From IMG/VR virus record IMGVR_UViG_3300021082_000007: a stretch of DNA of 47,921 bases; one strand, given 5' to 3'. Source of the stretch: a virus. Made by a program: the position numbers and the translations under genes. Shown here piece by piece: positions 6,281-15,942 of the stretch. Numbering within the stretch: position 1 is the first letter of the stretch; each line of letters begins with the position of its first letter. The notes beneath the pieces are model-generated. The model was not told the DNA's origin, searched no databases, and worked only from the letters and a program-made list of their open reading frames with translations.

Positions 6281-7255
6281 TCATTTCTCCCAAGGGTTCG
6301 TGTTATTGCGCCTCAACTCTTTCAGCTGCCGCATGAACTCAGGGTCTTCTGCCGGCGATAGCGACTGCCAACGGTGCGACACGCCGGTCTTGGTGTCCCA
6401 CAGGCACAGGCCGGCGCCGCCGGAGCGGTTGACCAGCACGCGATCGCGCGTTTTGGATTCCTTATCCCAGATGTTGGCGAAGGCTTTGATCCTGCTGACG
6501 CCGGCGCGCTTGTCGAGCTCGGCCAGTGTTAGCCGCTCGCCATCCGACAGCATGATGATATCGTCCGGCTTCAGATCGTAGACCCGCTCGCCTGGCATGT
6601 GCGTCTGCGTGGCGATGATCTGTTCGAGCCCAAGATCGACCATCACCTGTTCGCACTCGCCGATCATCGACGGAATATCGATCTCGGGAAACCACGGCAG
6701 GTCGGACAATTGCACGTCGAGGATCGATCTCCCGATGTAGCCATACGACCGGCCCTCGGAATGGAATCCATGCACCGCGACGTATCGCTTATCGTTGCCG
6801 GTGAAGTATTCGACCAGGTGCGGCTTGTCGCCGGCGCGCGGCTTGAACCGTGCCGTCCAATGCCGCTTGCGCACGGTGGCGCACTGCCCGATCAAGGCCA
6901 GCGTGGTCGACCCTGAAGTCCGCCGCAAGCAACCTGCCATGAACGCCGGCCAGCGTTTCGACAATGCGGCGAGCAGCGCCTCGCGCACTTGGGTAGTGCG
7001 CACATCCAGGTCGATGACAAAGGCCTTGCTGCCGTACATGCGCATGCCTGCGGCCTTGCCGTGCCACTGCGCGATCGCGGCGTCGTCATTCGGTTCGCTC
7101 GGCCAGCCCTTGAACGGCCCGTCCCGGCCCCTCAAGGGTATTACGTCGTAGCCGTTGTCCCGGATCCGGCGCCATATCTCGCGGTATTCGTTCACCGGCT
7201 TTGGCTCCAGCGGTATGGCTTGCGCTGGCTGGCCGGGATGGTAAAGCTTGGTCAT
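6281..7255 (-). CDS. Bifunctional primase-polymerase (archaeo-eukaryotic primase fold)
   Basis: YDVIPLRGRDGPFKGWP, AFVIDLDV and YVAVHGFH resemble the prim-pol N-terminal domain motifs. Confidence 0.65.
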   Translation of the reverse strand: MTKLYHPGQPAQAIPLEPKPVNEYREIWRRIRDNGYDVIPLRGRDGPFKGWPSEPNDDAAIAQWHGKAAGMRMYGSKAFVIDLDVRTTQVREALLAALSKRWPAFMAGCLRRTSGSTTLALIGQCATVRKRHWTARFKPRAGDKPHLVEYFTGNDKRYVAVHGFHSEGRSYGYIGRSILDVQLSDLPWFPEIDIPSMIGECEQVMVDLGLEQIIATQTHMPGERVYDLKPDDIIMLSDGERLTLAELDKRAGVSRIKAFANIWDKESKTRDRVLVNRSGGAGLCLWDTKTGVSHRWQSLSPAEDPEFMRQLKELRRNNTNPWEK

Positions 7256-7301
7256 CGGATGACTCCTTGTTGTCTGGTCACCTAGGGATGGGTGGATTCT
7301 G

Positions 7302-7330
7302 GCCGGCAGGGATTTCGCCCCCTGCCGGCC
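7302..7330 (-). terminator. Terminator-like GC hairpin after the VRR-NUC gene (no U-tract)
   Basis: ggccggcaggg / ccctgccggcc 11-bp stem with a 7-nt loop, starting 4 nt beyond the stop at 7334. Confidence 0.3.
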
Positions 7331-7333
7331 GCA

Positions 7334-7621
7334 CTATTTCAGCAGCGCGTCAATATCCGCCGAGGTCTTCACCAGCGCAATCGCTATCCCTAGTTCGGCG
7401 AAACGCTCATGGTACTTGATCTGGTGCAGTGAGACTCGCCCGCCTTTCGGCCGCTTCACCTCGACAAACACCGTCCGGCCGCCCGGTAGAATCACCACCC
7501 GGTCGAAGAACCCGCGCCGGCCGATCGCCTGCACCTTGATGCACTCGCCACCGTGTTCCTCGACCCGCAAGCGCAGCTCGCGCTCGATCACACTCTCTTT
7601 CACAGAATATTTGACAGGCAT
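7334..7621 (-). CDS. VRR-NUC domain nuclease
   Basis: GFFDRVVILPGGRTVFVEVKRPKGGRVSLHQ carries the D...E-V-K...Q PD-(D/E)XK signature typical of VRR-NUC; 95 aa. Confidence 0.8.
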   Translation of the reverse strand: MPVKYSVKESVIERELRLRVEEHGGECIKVQAIGRRGFFDRVVILPGGRTVFVEVKRPKGGRVSLHQIKYHERFAELGIAIALVKTSADIDALLK

Positions 7622-7670
7622 CGAGATCTATGTCCTCATATGCACAGGAAACAGGAAACGAGAGCATAAC

Positions 7671-8942
7671 ATGACCAAGCACTCCACCGTGATCGGCGGC
7701 TCGACCGCGGATCGATTGCTCAACTGCCCGGGCTCATTTCAGCTGCTGCAACGGCTGCCCGATCAGGAAGAAGTCCCCAGCGAATATGCGAACTATGGCT
7801 CGGCCATGCATGCGGCCATGGACCGACTGATGGCCATGTACACCGACGGTTTTCCATCCTCGACTGCGATGCTTGAGGCGGCCGAGGAAATGCTCGGCGA
7901 GACATTCTACGATCGTGTGCTCGAATTGCATCACCTTAATGATTCCATTTTCCCCGCGATCGACACCTTGTACGAGCTGATGAACGAATACGGCGGCGGC
8001 TTCCATGTCGTCGCCAATGAATTGAAGGTTAAATTCCCGGGTGTTCCTGGGGCTTTTGGAACATGCGATCTGCTGCTGGCCAATAAGAAGTTTGTCTTGA
8101 TGGTCGATTGGAAGTTCGGCCAGGGCGTGATCGTCCCCGCGGTCTATAAAGATCCCGAAGGCGACCGCGTTAACCCGCAGTTGTTGTTCTACTTCGCCGG
8201 CGCCATGGAGGAGCTGCCCTCCATGTTCAACAAGAAACGCTACGCCGTGGCCATCATCCAGCCGCGCACCGAGCAGCGACTGACCCACACCATAATAACC
8301 CGGACTGAAGTCGACATGTTCATCGAGGATGTCGACCTGGCGATCATCGCCGCGCTGGGCAAGAATCCACCATTGAAGGCTGGTGATCACTGCCGCTGGT
8401 GTCCGGGCCGGCCAATCTGCCCGATGCACACCGGGCCGTTGTTTGAGCTAGCCGATCTGAATCTGGAAATCCTGCCGGCGCAATTGCGCGCATCCGAAGT
8501 CGACGCCGGCAGCGCCGCTGCTTACGGTGAGTTTCTGGCCAAGGCCAAGTACCTCGCCGATATGGCGGCCGACTATAAGAAGCAGGTGGACGAAGCCATC
8601 CACAGCTATTTGACGAACGGCGGCACCGTCCCGGGCTGGAAGCTGAAGCTGCGCACCAAGCTGCGCCAGTGGATCGATGAAGACATCGTCAACAATGAAC
8701 TGACCAAGCTCGGCTTCGGCCAGGATGAAATCTGGCAGCACAAGCTGCAAACCTTCGCCGTCGCCGACAAGGTGGCCAAGCGATTGAAGGTCAAGATCCC
8801 CGACAACCTGCGCGTGGCGCCGCCAACGGACGAGACAGTCATCGCGCCGGACAGCGATCCGGCGCCGGCGATCGATCACGCCAAAGCCACCGAAGAGTTC
8901 GCCGCGGCGCTCAAGCAATTGCGTCACGAACAGGGTTCGTGA
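7671..8942 (+). CDS. PD-(D/E)XK / Cas4-like exonuclease (DUF2800-like)
   Basis: GSAMHAAMD, CDLLL...MVDWKFGQG and the C-terminal Cys cluster CRWCPGRPICP. The ATG at 7671 follows an upstream in-frame run-in of the track ORF. Confidence 0.7.
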   Translation: MTKHSTVIGGSTADRLLNCPGSFQLLQRLPDQEEVPSEYANYGSAMHAAMDRLMAMYTDGFPSSTAMLEAAEEMLGETFYDRVLELHHLNDSIFPAIDTLYELMNEYGGGFHVVANELKVKFPGVPGAFGTCDLLLANKKFVLMVDWKFGQGVIVPAVYKDPEGDRVNPQLLFYFAGAMEELPSMFNKKRYAVAIIQPRTEQRLTHTIITRTEVDMFIEDVDLAIIAALGKNPPLKAGDHCRWCPGRPICPMHTGPLFELADLNLEILPAQLRASEVDAGSAAAYGEFLAKAKYLADMAADYKKQVDEAIHSYLTNGGTVPGWKLKLRTKLRQWIDEDIVNNELTKLGFGQDEIWQHKLQTFAVADKVAKRLKVKIPDNLRVAPPTDETVIAPDSDPAPAIDHAKATEEFAAALKQLRHEQGS

Positions 8943-9008
8943 CACAATACCTGGCCGGTTTTGGTATTTGCGCCGGTCAATAGAACTTAACCAGAAGGAC
9001 ACGCGAAC

Positions 9009-9776
9009 ATGAACGATATCGTCAAGCGATCCCTTGGTTCGACAGCCCTGTCGAACGACCTCGCCGACCGGCTGCTAGCTGGGATTGAGGAGTCCCAGGC
9101 CACCACCCTGGTAGCCGGCGGCGGCAAGGATTTGATCAAGCTTTCTAAGAACGACGGCACCTGGAACGTCGGCCAGGCCGATGAGCCCATGCAAGTGGGC
9201 AGCAAGTGGTGGATCAATCTTCTCTCGATCTGCCACGGCTACATCTGCTGGTCGAACTACCAAGGCACCCGCAAGAATGAGAGGCTCGGCGAGGTGATGG
9301 TGCCGATGTACGAGCCGAAGCCGCCCAAGCCAGGCCCGATCGACGGCTTCAACTTCGCCGAGCAGCGCAGCTTTGAGGCTGTGTGCCTGAACGGCGAGGA
9401 TGAGGGCGCCGAGGTGCAGTTCAAGAACGGCTCGGTCGGCACGATGAAGGGCTTTAAGAAGCTTGAGGATGCGGTGAAGTCCCAGCTCCGCACCGATCGC
9501 GCCTATCCCTGCCCGGTCATCCAGTTCAAGTCGGAAAAATACAAGCATTCCGACTACGGCTGGATTTGGAATCCGGTGTTCGAGATCGTGGATTGGGCCG
9601 ACATGCAGGGCAACCTGAAGTCGGCGGGTGAAGCTGCGCCGGTTGATGTACCGGAGCCGCCGAAGCCAGCGCCTGCGGCCGCGGCAGCCCCGCGCCGTAG
9701 CAAGCCCGCCCTGGTCGAGGACAACGCCGTGCCGCCCGTCCGGCCGGCTCAGCGGCGCCGCCCACCGGCGGCGTAA
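9009..9776 (+). CDS. Hypothetical protein; possible ssDNA-binding/recombination accessory by position only
   Basis: Sits between the exonuclease and the polymerase, where related replication modules carry an SSB-like gene. The tail is Pro/Ala/Arg-rich. No motif recognised. Confidence 0.5.
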   Translation: MNDIVKRSLGSTALSNDLADRLLAGIEESQATTLVAGGGKDLIKLSKNDGTWNVGQADEPMQVGSKWWINLLSICHGYICWSNYQGTRKNERLGEVMVPMYEPKPPKPGPIDGFNFAEQRSFEAVCLNGEDEGAEVQFKNGSVGTMKGFKKLEDAVKSQLRTDRAYPCPVIQFKSEKYKHSDYGWIWNPVFEIVDWADMQGNLKSAGEAAPVDVPEPPKPAPAAAAAPRRSKPALVEDNAVPPVRPAQRRRPPAA

Positions 9777-9802
9777 CTCCCCTACATCTCCCCTGCATCT
9801 CC

Positions 9803-9829
9803 CCTAGGCCCTTCGGGGCCTAGGTTTTT
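9803..9829 (+). terminator. Rho-independent terminator
   Basis: cctaggccc-ttcg-gggcctagg followed by ttttt; preceded by three CTCCCCT-containing 11-bp repeats. Confidence 0.8.
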
Positions 9830-9851
9830 CCCACTCATCCCAGGGAATCCT

Positions 9852-11999
9852 ATGTCCGCCACCTTCGATCCCGACCGCATCTGCTGGTTCGACTTTGAGA
9901 CAAAGTCCGGCGAAGACCTGAAGACCGCCGGTGCCTGGCGCTATGCCTGCGACCGCGATGCCGCGGCCATCATCCTGACCTACGCGATCGGCCGAGCGCC
10001 GGCCAAGATCATCACTGCGCCGACGCCAGGCGCGGCGCTGGCCTGGCAGCACCTGCCGCTGGATCTAACTGAGTTCTACAGCCAGGCGCTCTACCGCGGC
10101 GGCGGGATGTTCGCGGCATTCAACGCCGGCTTCGATCGCACGATCTGGAACCGCACGCTGGTGGACGCGCCACCATTGATGATCGATATGTGCATAGACC
10201 CGTCGGTGCAGGCGACCGCGGCCGGCCTGCCGCCCGACCTGGCCAGCGCCTGCAAGATGTCCGGCAGCACGGCCAAGGTCGAAGACGGCGCCATTTACAT
10301 CAAACTGTTCTGCATGCCGGACTCGACCGCGACCCCACAATCTCACCCGGCGGAATGGGCGTTGTTCTGCCGCTACGCGCTCGGCGATATCGAGGCGATG
10401 CGCAGCTTGTTTCTCCGCACCCGGCAATTGCCGATGCGCGAGTGGGAAGAATACTGGGCCATGGAAGCCGTCAACGACCGCGGCATAGGGGTCGACATCG
10501 AGTTTGCCAAGAAGGCCGACAAGCTCGCCAAGGTCGCCAAGGTCCGCGGCGGCCAGGAACTGCGCGAGATCACGGCCGGCCATGTGACCGGGGTCGGCCA
10601 GGTCAAGAACCTGACCAATTGGCTGTGCCACCACCTGCCGTCGGACGGCATCGAGATGCTGACCAAGCGGGAGGAGGAAGAGGACGAAGAGGGCAAGATC
10701 ACCAGGCCCGCTAAGTATTCCCTGACGCGCCCTCGCGTCGAGAAGCTGATTCCCTACTGCCGGACAATCGGACACCACCGCGAGCAGCGCGCCCTGGAAA
10801 TCCGCCTGTATGGCGGGTCGACCACACCCGCCAAATACGGCCGCATCCTTGCCCAGGAGGTCGGGGATACGATTTACGGCCAGTACCAGTTCAACGGTGC
10901 ACCCCAAACGGGACGCGCATCCAGCCGCGGCGTGCAGATCCAGAACCTCACAAGGGCTTACCTCGATTACGAGCACGAAGCGATCGAGGCGATTCTTAAC
11001 GGCGCGGACTACGACCAGCTGGCTGCGCTCGGCGACGACACGCCGGCGCTGCGCAAGCTGGCGCTATTGATCCGGCCGACGTTCGTGGCGGCGCCTGGAA
11101 ACATGTTTGTTGTCAGCGACTTCGCCCAGATCGAGGCCAGGATCCTACCGTGGCTGGCCGGCCCCAAGAGTAAAGGCGCGCTCGACCGGCTCAAGATCTT
11201 CAGCGACATCGATGCCGACCCCTCGCTGCCGGACCTCTACACCCGCACGGCCGCCGGCATGTCCCGCCTGGACGTAACAGAAATCACCAAACCGTTACGG
11301 CAGCGCGGCAAGGTCGCCGAGCTCGCGCTCGGCTTCGGCGGCGCTTCCGGCGCCCTGATCGCTATGGGTGCCGGCTATGGCCTGTATTTGTCGCCCGACG
11401 AGGCCGCGGAGGTGGTGCATGAATGGCGCCGGATCAACCCGTGGTGCGTGCGCTTCTGGGGCAAGCATACCCAGGATGAATCTTACGGCCTGTGGGGCGC
11501 CGCCAACCGGGCGCTGGAGCAGCCCAAGATCACCCAGCACATCGGCCGGCTGGCCTACGTCTACCACCCGCAGGTGCTCGGCGGCACGCTGTTCTGCGAG
11601 CTGCCGTCCGGTCGCTGCATCGCCTACCGCGGCATCAAGTACGAGCTGGTCGATGAGCTCGATGACGACGATCAAGTCATTGGCCAGCGCACCGAGCTGC
11701 GGTTCTGGAAGGGCTACAACCGCGCCAAGATCTGGCACGGCACCTTGACCGAGAACGTGGTCCAGGCGGTCGCCGCCGACATGCTGCGCGGCACGCTAGT
11801 GCGGTTGGATAAGACGGACCTGTCGGTGCGGCTGCACTCGCACGATGAGGTTTTAGTCGAGGTTGCCGAGGACCGCGTCGACGGCGCCGTGGACATGCTG
11901 CGCGGCATCATGCGCGAAGGCTTCGATTGGACCGATGGGCTCCCCTTGATGTCCGATGAAACCGTGCAGCCGTATTATTCCAAGTGGGAGGGCAAGTGA
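9852..11999 (+). CDS. Family A DNA polymerase with 3'-5' exonuclease domain
   Basis: Exo I ICWFDFETKS; motif A VSDFAQIEARIL; motif B RQRGKVAELALGFGG; motif C LHSHDEVLVEV. Confidence 0.95.
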   Translation: MSATFDPDRICWFDFETKSGEDLKTAGAWRYACDRDAAAIILTYAIGRAPAKIITAPTPGAALAWQHLPLDLTEFYSQALYRGGGMFAAFNAGFDRTIWNRTLVDAPPLMIDMCIDPSVQATAAGLPPDLASACKMSGSTAKVEDGAIYIKLFCMPDSTATPQSHPAEWALFCRYALGDIEAMRSLFLRTRQLPMREWEEYWAMEAVNDRGIGVDIEFAKKADKLAKVAKVRGGQELREITAGHVTGVGQVKNLTNWLCHHLPSDGIEMLTKREEEEDEEGKITRPAKYSLTRPRVEKLIPYCRTIGHHREQRALEIRLYGGSTTPAKYGRILAQEVGDTIYGQYQFNGAPQTGRASSRGVQIQNLTRAYLDYEHEAIEAILNGADYDQLAALGDDTPALRKLALLIRPTFVAAPGNMFVVSDFAQIEARILPWLAGPKSKGALDRLKIFSDIDADPSLPDLYTRTAAGMSRLDVTEITKPLRQRGKVAELALGFGGASGALIAMGAGYGLYLSPDEAAEVVHEWRRINPWCVRFWGKHTQDESYGLWGAANRALEQPKITQHIGRLAYVYHPQVLGGTLFCELPSGRCIAYRGIKYELVDELDDDDQVIGQRTELRFWKGYNRAKIWHGTLTENVVQAVAADMLRGTLVRLDKTDLSVRLHSHDEVLVEVAEDRVDGAVDMLRGIMREGFDWTDGLPLMSDETVQPYYSKWEGK

Positions 12000-12409
12000 T
12001 GCCGGCCCGTCCGATTCCACCCGAGGTGCGCGGCCGGCTCAATAAGCTCCTGCTGATGCTCGGCTCCGACCAGGCCGGCGAGAGTTCGTCGGCTGCGGCT
12101 AAGATCACCGCGCTGCTGAAGCAGCACGGCCTGGATTGGCATGACCTGGTCGGCTCGATCGGCGAGGCGGCGCGATCGGCGCCACATAAGCCACCACCCA
12201 AAACGGAATCGCCAAGCGGCCAGCAGAGCATGACCGCGGCCGCGCTGCATCAGCTGATCCACCAGATATTGCGCAGTCCGCTTAACGAGCGCGCCAGACG
12301 CTTTCTTGTCGGCATGCAGAGCCACGCGGATACCTTCGGTGTCGTTAAGTTCAGCGACAAGCAGTGGCACTGGCTCATGGATCTGGCGCGGCGGGCAAAG
12401 GTGTCATGA
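11999..12409 (+). CDS. Hypothetical protein (136 aa)
   Basis: ATGA overlap with the polymerase stop; LLLMLGSDQAGESSSAAAKITALLKQHGLDWHDL helical N-terminus. Confidence 0.6.
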   Translation: MPARPIPPEVRGRLNKLLLMLGSDQAGESSSAAAKITALLKQHGLDWHDLVGSIGEAARSAPHKPPPKTESPSGQQSMTAAALHQLIHQILRSPLNERARRFLVGMQSHADTFGVVKFSDKQWHWLMDLARRAKVS

Positions 12410-12744
12410 TGCGGAAGAAGCATAGTGAGCTCCCATTCAATCCGCCGTGGGTAAAGCCGGGTGCTGGTTGGTGGTGCATGGTTGTCATCCGCGAGATCGT
12501 CTGTACGACGGTCGGTGAAGATAGCAGCGTAACCCATCCGGTGGACGATATCGTCGCTGTCTACGGCCCCTACAGTAAGTCGGAAGCGCAGCTGCGTGTC
12601 GATGTGTTCAACCGCTGTCATCAAGAGGCGGATGATGGCGCGCCGATCTATCGTCCCGTCATTAACGCGCCGGCGTTCTTGAACCAGGATGATTGGTGCG
12701 AGCATTACGCGACGGCCCGCCCCATGAACGACTTTGAGTGGTGA
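12406..12744 (+). CDS. Hypothetical protein (112 aa)
   Basis: ATGATG overlaps the upstream stop; no motif. Confidence 0.55.
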   Translation: MMRKKHSELPFNPPWVKPGAGWWCMVVIREIVCTTVGEDSSVTHPVDDIVAVYGPYSKSEAQLRVDVFNRCHQEADDGAPIYRPVINAPAFLNQDDWCEHYATARPMNDFEW

Positions 12745-12746
12745 AC

Positions 12747-14156
12747 ATGCGACAGAAATCGGAACTGCGGCCGTACCAGCACCGCATTGCCACGGCGCTC
12801 TATGAGTCCGACGAGAAGATCGCGGTGGCGCGCCCGGGCGGCGGCAAGACGATCGCCGCGCTGACCGCGATCGAGGAGCTATTCCGTGACGGTCACATCC
12901 GCCACGCGCTGGTGATCGCGCCGAAGCGCGTGGCCCGCAACGTCTGGCCGGACGAGATCGCGCAGTGGGCGCACACCAAAGGCCTGACCTACCAGGTGAT
13001 CACCGGCTCGCCCAAGCAGCGCGTCGACATGTTGTCGAACGCGGTTGAATACAATCTCACCATCATCGGCATCGACGTGGTGCAGTGGCTGCTCGACCAG
13101 CTGGTGGAATATCCAGACGAGCATCCGCTGTTCGATCTGCTGGTGATTGACGAGATATCCAAGCTGCGCAATCCGTCTGGCGTGCGAGCTCGCAAGCTGC
13201 TGCGCTATGCCAAACGCTGGAAGATGGTCTGGGGCTTGACCGGCACGCTGCGGCCGTCAGGCGCCGAGAACCTGTTTATGCCGGCGACGGTGGTAACCCG
13301 CGGAGGTTTGTGGGGGAAATCGTTCTACCGCTGGCGTAGCGAGCGGTTCTACGCGACGGATTACCAAGGCTACACATGGGCGCCGCTGCCGGGTGCGGAG
13401 GAAGTCATTAACCGCGAGATTGCACCGCTTTGCGTCACCTTGCGCGACGACGAGCTGCCGCAATTGCCGGAACTTCTTATCCTGTTTGATCGGGTCGATC
13501 TTCCAGCCGACGCCCGCAAGCAATACGAAGACATGGAACAGGAGCTGGCGCTGGAGGCCGACACTGGCGACATCGTCATCGCCAAGTCGGCCGCGGTCGC
13601 GACCGGCAAGCTGGCGCAGCTGGCCAACGGTTTCGTCTATAACGATGGTGTGACCCATCGGATTCACGGCGAGAAGGAGGAGTGGGTCGAAGAGATTATC
13701 GACGGCGCCGACGGGCCGGTGCTGATCGTCTACGAGTATCGCGAGGATCTGGAAATGCTGCGCGGGCTGCTCGGCCAGGATCTTCCGTATCTCGGCGCGG
13801 GGGTCACCAACAAGGCATCGGATCAATACATCACCCAATGGAATGAGGGGAAGCTGCCGTTCATGGCGCTGCACCCGGCTTCGGGCGGCCATGGCCTGAA
13901 CCTGCAATTCGGCGGCTGCGACATGGCCTGGATCTCTCCCACCTGGTCACCGGAGATGTGGGAGCAAACGATCGCCAGGATATATCGTTCCGGCCAGACC
14001 AAGCCGGTGGTGGTGCGCGTTTGCCTGGCCCATGACACCGTCGACCAGATGAAGGTCGACCGCGTGCACAAGAAAATGACGGCACAAAAGGCGTTTGAGG
14101 CCTACCTGCGCCGTCATGAAGTCGTAAGGGATTCTCGTCAACAGGTTACAGCGTAG
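12747..14156 (+). CDS. SNF2-family (SF2) helicase
   Basis: LRPYQ, ARPGGGKTIAAL (Walker A), LLVIDEISKLRN (DExx), GGHGLNLQFGG and QTIARIYRSGQTKPV. A GTG at 12738 is an alternative start. Confidence 0.9.
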   Translation: MRQKSELRPYQHRIATALYESDEKIAVARPGGGKTIAALTAIEELFRDGHIRHALVIAPKRVARNVWPDEIAQWAHTKGLTYQVITGSPKQRVDMLSNAVEYNLTIIGIDVVQWLLDQLVEYPDEHPLFDLLVIDEISKLRNPSGVRARKLLRYAKRWKMVWGLTGTLRPSGAENLFMPATVVTRGGLWGKSFYRWRSERFYATDYQGYTWAPLPGAEEVINREIAPLCVTLRDDELPQLPELLILFDRVDLPADARKQYEDMEQELALEADTGDIVIAKSAAVATGKLAQLANGFVYNDGVTHRIHGEKEEWVEEIIDGADGPVLIVYEYREDLEMLRGLLGQDLPYLGAGVTNKASDQYITQWNEGKLPFMALHPASGGHGLNLQFGGCDMAWISPTWSPEMWEQTIARIYRSGQTKPVVVRVCLAHDTVDQMKVDRVHKKMTAQKAFEAYLRRHEVVRDSRQQVTA

Positions 14157-14400
14157 CAGCTTTTTCCAGGTCGAGCACCAGCTGGTCTTCGTGGTCGAAA
14201 CGGTTGCGGACCAGGATCTCCACGATCTGCTTGTTCAGTAAGAATAGCTGGTCGCGGTTGACCTGGTAGCGGTTGTGCGTGTCGCCGGTGTTGACGTTGA
14301 GAACTACGGTTTCATTCTGGGGCATGGTCAGATAGACGAACCGCACGTTCGGCATAGTGGGCCTCGTTATCCGTTTGAAGCGTGAAGGATTAACCATCAT
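14146..14400 (-). CDS. Hypothetical protein (84 aa)
   Basis: ATGA coupling to the methyltransferase stop; its 3' end overlaps the convergent SNF2 gene by 11 nt. Confidence 0.55.
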   Translation of the reverse strand: MMVNPSRFKRITRPTMPNVRFVYLTMPQNETVVLNVNTGDTHNRYQVNRDQLFLLNKQIVEILVRNRFDHEDQLVLDLEKAATL

Positions 14401-14987
14401 ACGACTCCATCTCGATGTAGCCACTTCAATTCTGGTGCGCCTGTGAATCCATGTTCAAATACCAACCAACAATAGTCCGACTTGCCACCGCCCACCTTGC
14501 CGCCGGCCGTGATAACGTGGCCTGGCGGCATCGACGGCCGCGGCGTCAGGAGCCACACCCGCCGCAGCGGCATGTCTGCTAGCCACCGGGCGGCATTCAG
14601 TCGAGCCGTTGGTATGATCAACGCGACCTTGCGGTTGGCTAGCGCCAGCGCGTGCAAGGTGAAGCTTTCAAATACGTCAAAGGGCGGGTTCGACACTATG
14701 TTGTCGTGTACGCCTTCGTGGTCGAGGAAATCCTCCAGCGGGTAGCCGTGGTAGGAGTCCGGCCCGCTGCCGCCGCGGTCGACAATATCGGTGCCGTATG
14801 CGTCGAGGCCGGCTTTCAGCGCGGCGACGACGATCCGGCCGAAGCCGCAGGCCGGGTCATAGAGCCTGCCGTGGAAATGCTCCTCTTGGAACAATCGCTC
14901 GCTGACCCAGAACGGCTCGACGTAATGCTCGCTGATGCGGGGATATGCGGGGCTATGCGGGGAAACGTGGGTCCACGGCTGGCTCAT
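14397..14987 (-). CDS. Orphan SAM-dependent DNA methyltransferase (N6-adenine/N4-cytosine NPPF type)
   Basis: Motif I LYDPACGFGRIVVAA and motif IV IVSNPPFD; no adjacent restriction gene. Confidence 0.75.
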   Translation of the reverse strand: MSQPWTHVSPHSPAYPRISEHYVEPFWVSERLFQEEHFHGRLYDPACGFGRIVVAALKAGLDAYGTDIVDRGGSGPDSYHGYPLEDFLDHEGVHDNIVSNPPFDVFESFTLHALALANRKVALIIPTARLNAARWLADMPLRRVWLLTPRPSMPPGHVITAGGKVGGGKSDYCWLVFEHGFTGAPELKWLHRDGVV

Positions 14988-15196
14988 CGCACGTCCTCAT
15001 TCCACTTCCACTTGCCGTCGACCCAATGGCCGTTCACCGGGTCTTTGCACTCAGTGGCGCGGACCTCCCGCGCCGAAGTCCAGCGCATTTCCAGGTCTTT
15101 GGCGTAGGCCAGGGCTTCGGCCTCAGTCTCGCAGCGGATCGCGTTGTCGTACCACTTGGCGTCGTTGTGGACCCGCACCTCCGGTTTCCAGGCCAT
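14984..15196 (-). CDS. Hypothetical protein (70 aa, Trp-rich)
   Basis: Overlap-coupled ORF in the leftward accessory operon. Confidence 0.55.
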   Translation of the reverse strand: MAWKPEVRVHNDAKWYDNAIRCETEAEALAYAKDLEMRWTSAREVRATECKDPVNGHWVDGKWKWNEDVR

Positions 15197-15486
15197 CAGG
15201 CATTCCCCTCGGTTCGCAGGATGTGCATGTGCGCTTTCATGTGCTCGTCTACGTCATGGAATATCCGCCGCATGGCGACGGCCAGCTCCGGCAAGCCGCG
15301 GCCGGCAGCCTTGTCGATGCTGGTGAAGGTCTGCGCGGCGCCCATGAAGAACGTCATCTCCATGGAGTGGATCTGGTCTTCGTCGGTCCCGGCCTCGCGC
15401 AATTTGACGACCATGTCGTCCCAGGTTTCCCGCAACGTATTGTTGGGGTCGACGTTGCCCCTGATGACGACGCTGACAGCGGTCAT
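15196..15486 (-). CDS. Hypothetical protein (96 aa)
   Basis: Overlap-coupled ORF; no motif. Confidence 0.55.
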   Translation of the reverse strand: MTAVSVVIRGNVDPNNTLRETWDDMVVKLREAGTDEDQIHSMEMTFFMGAAQTFTSIDKAAGRGLPELAVAMRRIFHDVDEHMKAHMHILRTEGNA

Positions 15487-15872
15487 GGCGTTTTCTCCAA
15501 TTGCTTGGCGCCGAGGTCGGCCGCGAGCTCGTTCAATGCCGCCGTGGTCGGGGTCGGCGCATGATCCAGTTCGTGGACCGCGGCGATGTAATCCTCGGCG
15601 CGACGTGTCAATAGACCGATATTAGCCATTTGGGTTGTGAGCTCGACCAGCATCTTGTGCAGCCGCAAGGACTCATGGCGGTAGCGATCGCGTTCCTCGA
15701 CCATCATCTGCACGCGATCGTGCTCGCGGTTGAGATCGATCCGCATCTGACTGATGGTGTTCTGAGCGTTGATCAGGTCTTCGTGCATCTGCGTGACTTT
15801 TGCTAGAGCAGCGACACGATGGTCGTTCTCGACATCGGGCAGCGGGCGCGTCTGTTGACGAGGTGCGTTCAT
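15483..15872 (-). CDS. Hypothetical coiled-coil protein (129 aa)
   Basis: ATG 15872 preceded by gaaagg; heptad-like HEDLINAQNTISQMRIDLNREHDRVQMMVEERDRYRHESLRL. The track start 16025 would overlap the upstream gene. Confidence 0.55.
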   Translation of the reverse strand: MNAPRQQTRPLPDVENDHRVAALAKVTQMHEDLINAQNTISQMRIDLNREHDRVQMMVEERDRYRHESLRLHKMLVELTTQMANIGLLTRRAEDYIAAVHELDHAPTPTTAALNELAADLGAKQLEKTP

Positions 15873-15942
15873 GGTTTTCGCCTTTCTGTTGTTAAGTTGC
15901 TGCGCCGGGTAGAGCACCCGGCGCAGCATGGCCGCGGACGCA

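Noticed and set aside
9777-9803. Three 11-bp CTCCCCT-containing direct repeats before the terminator at 9803
   Set aside because: They are very short and imperfect and sit in the 3' UTR of the preceding gene. Noted but not considered significant on their own.
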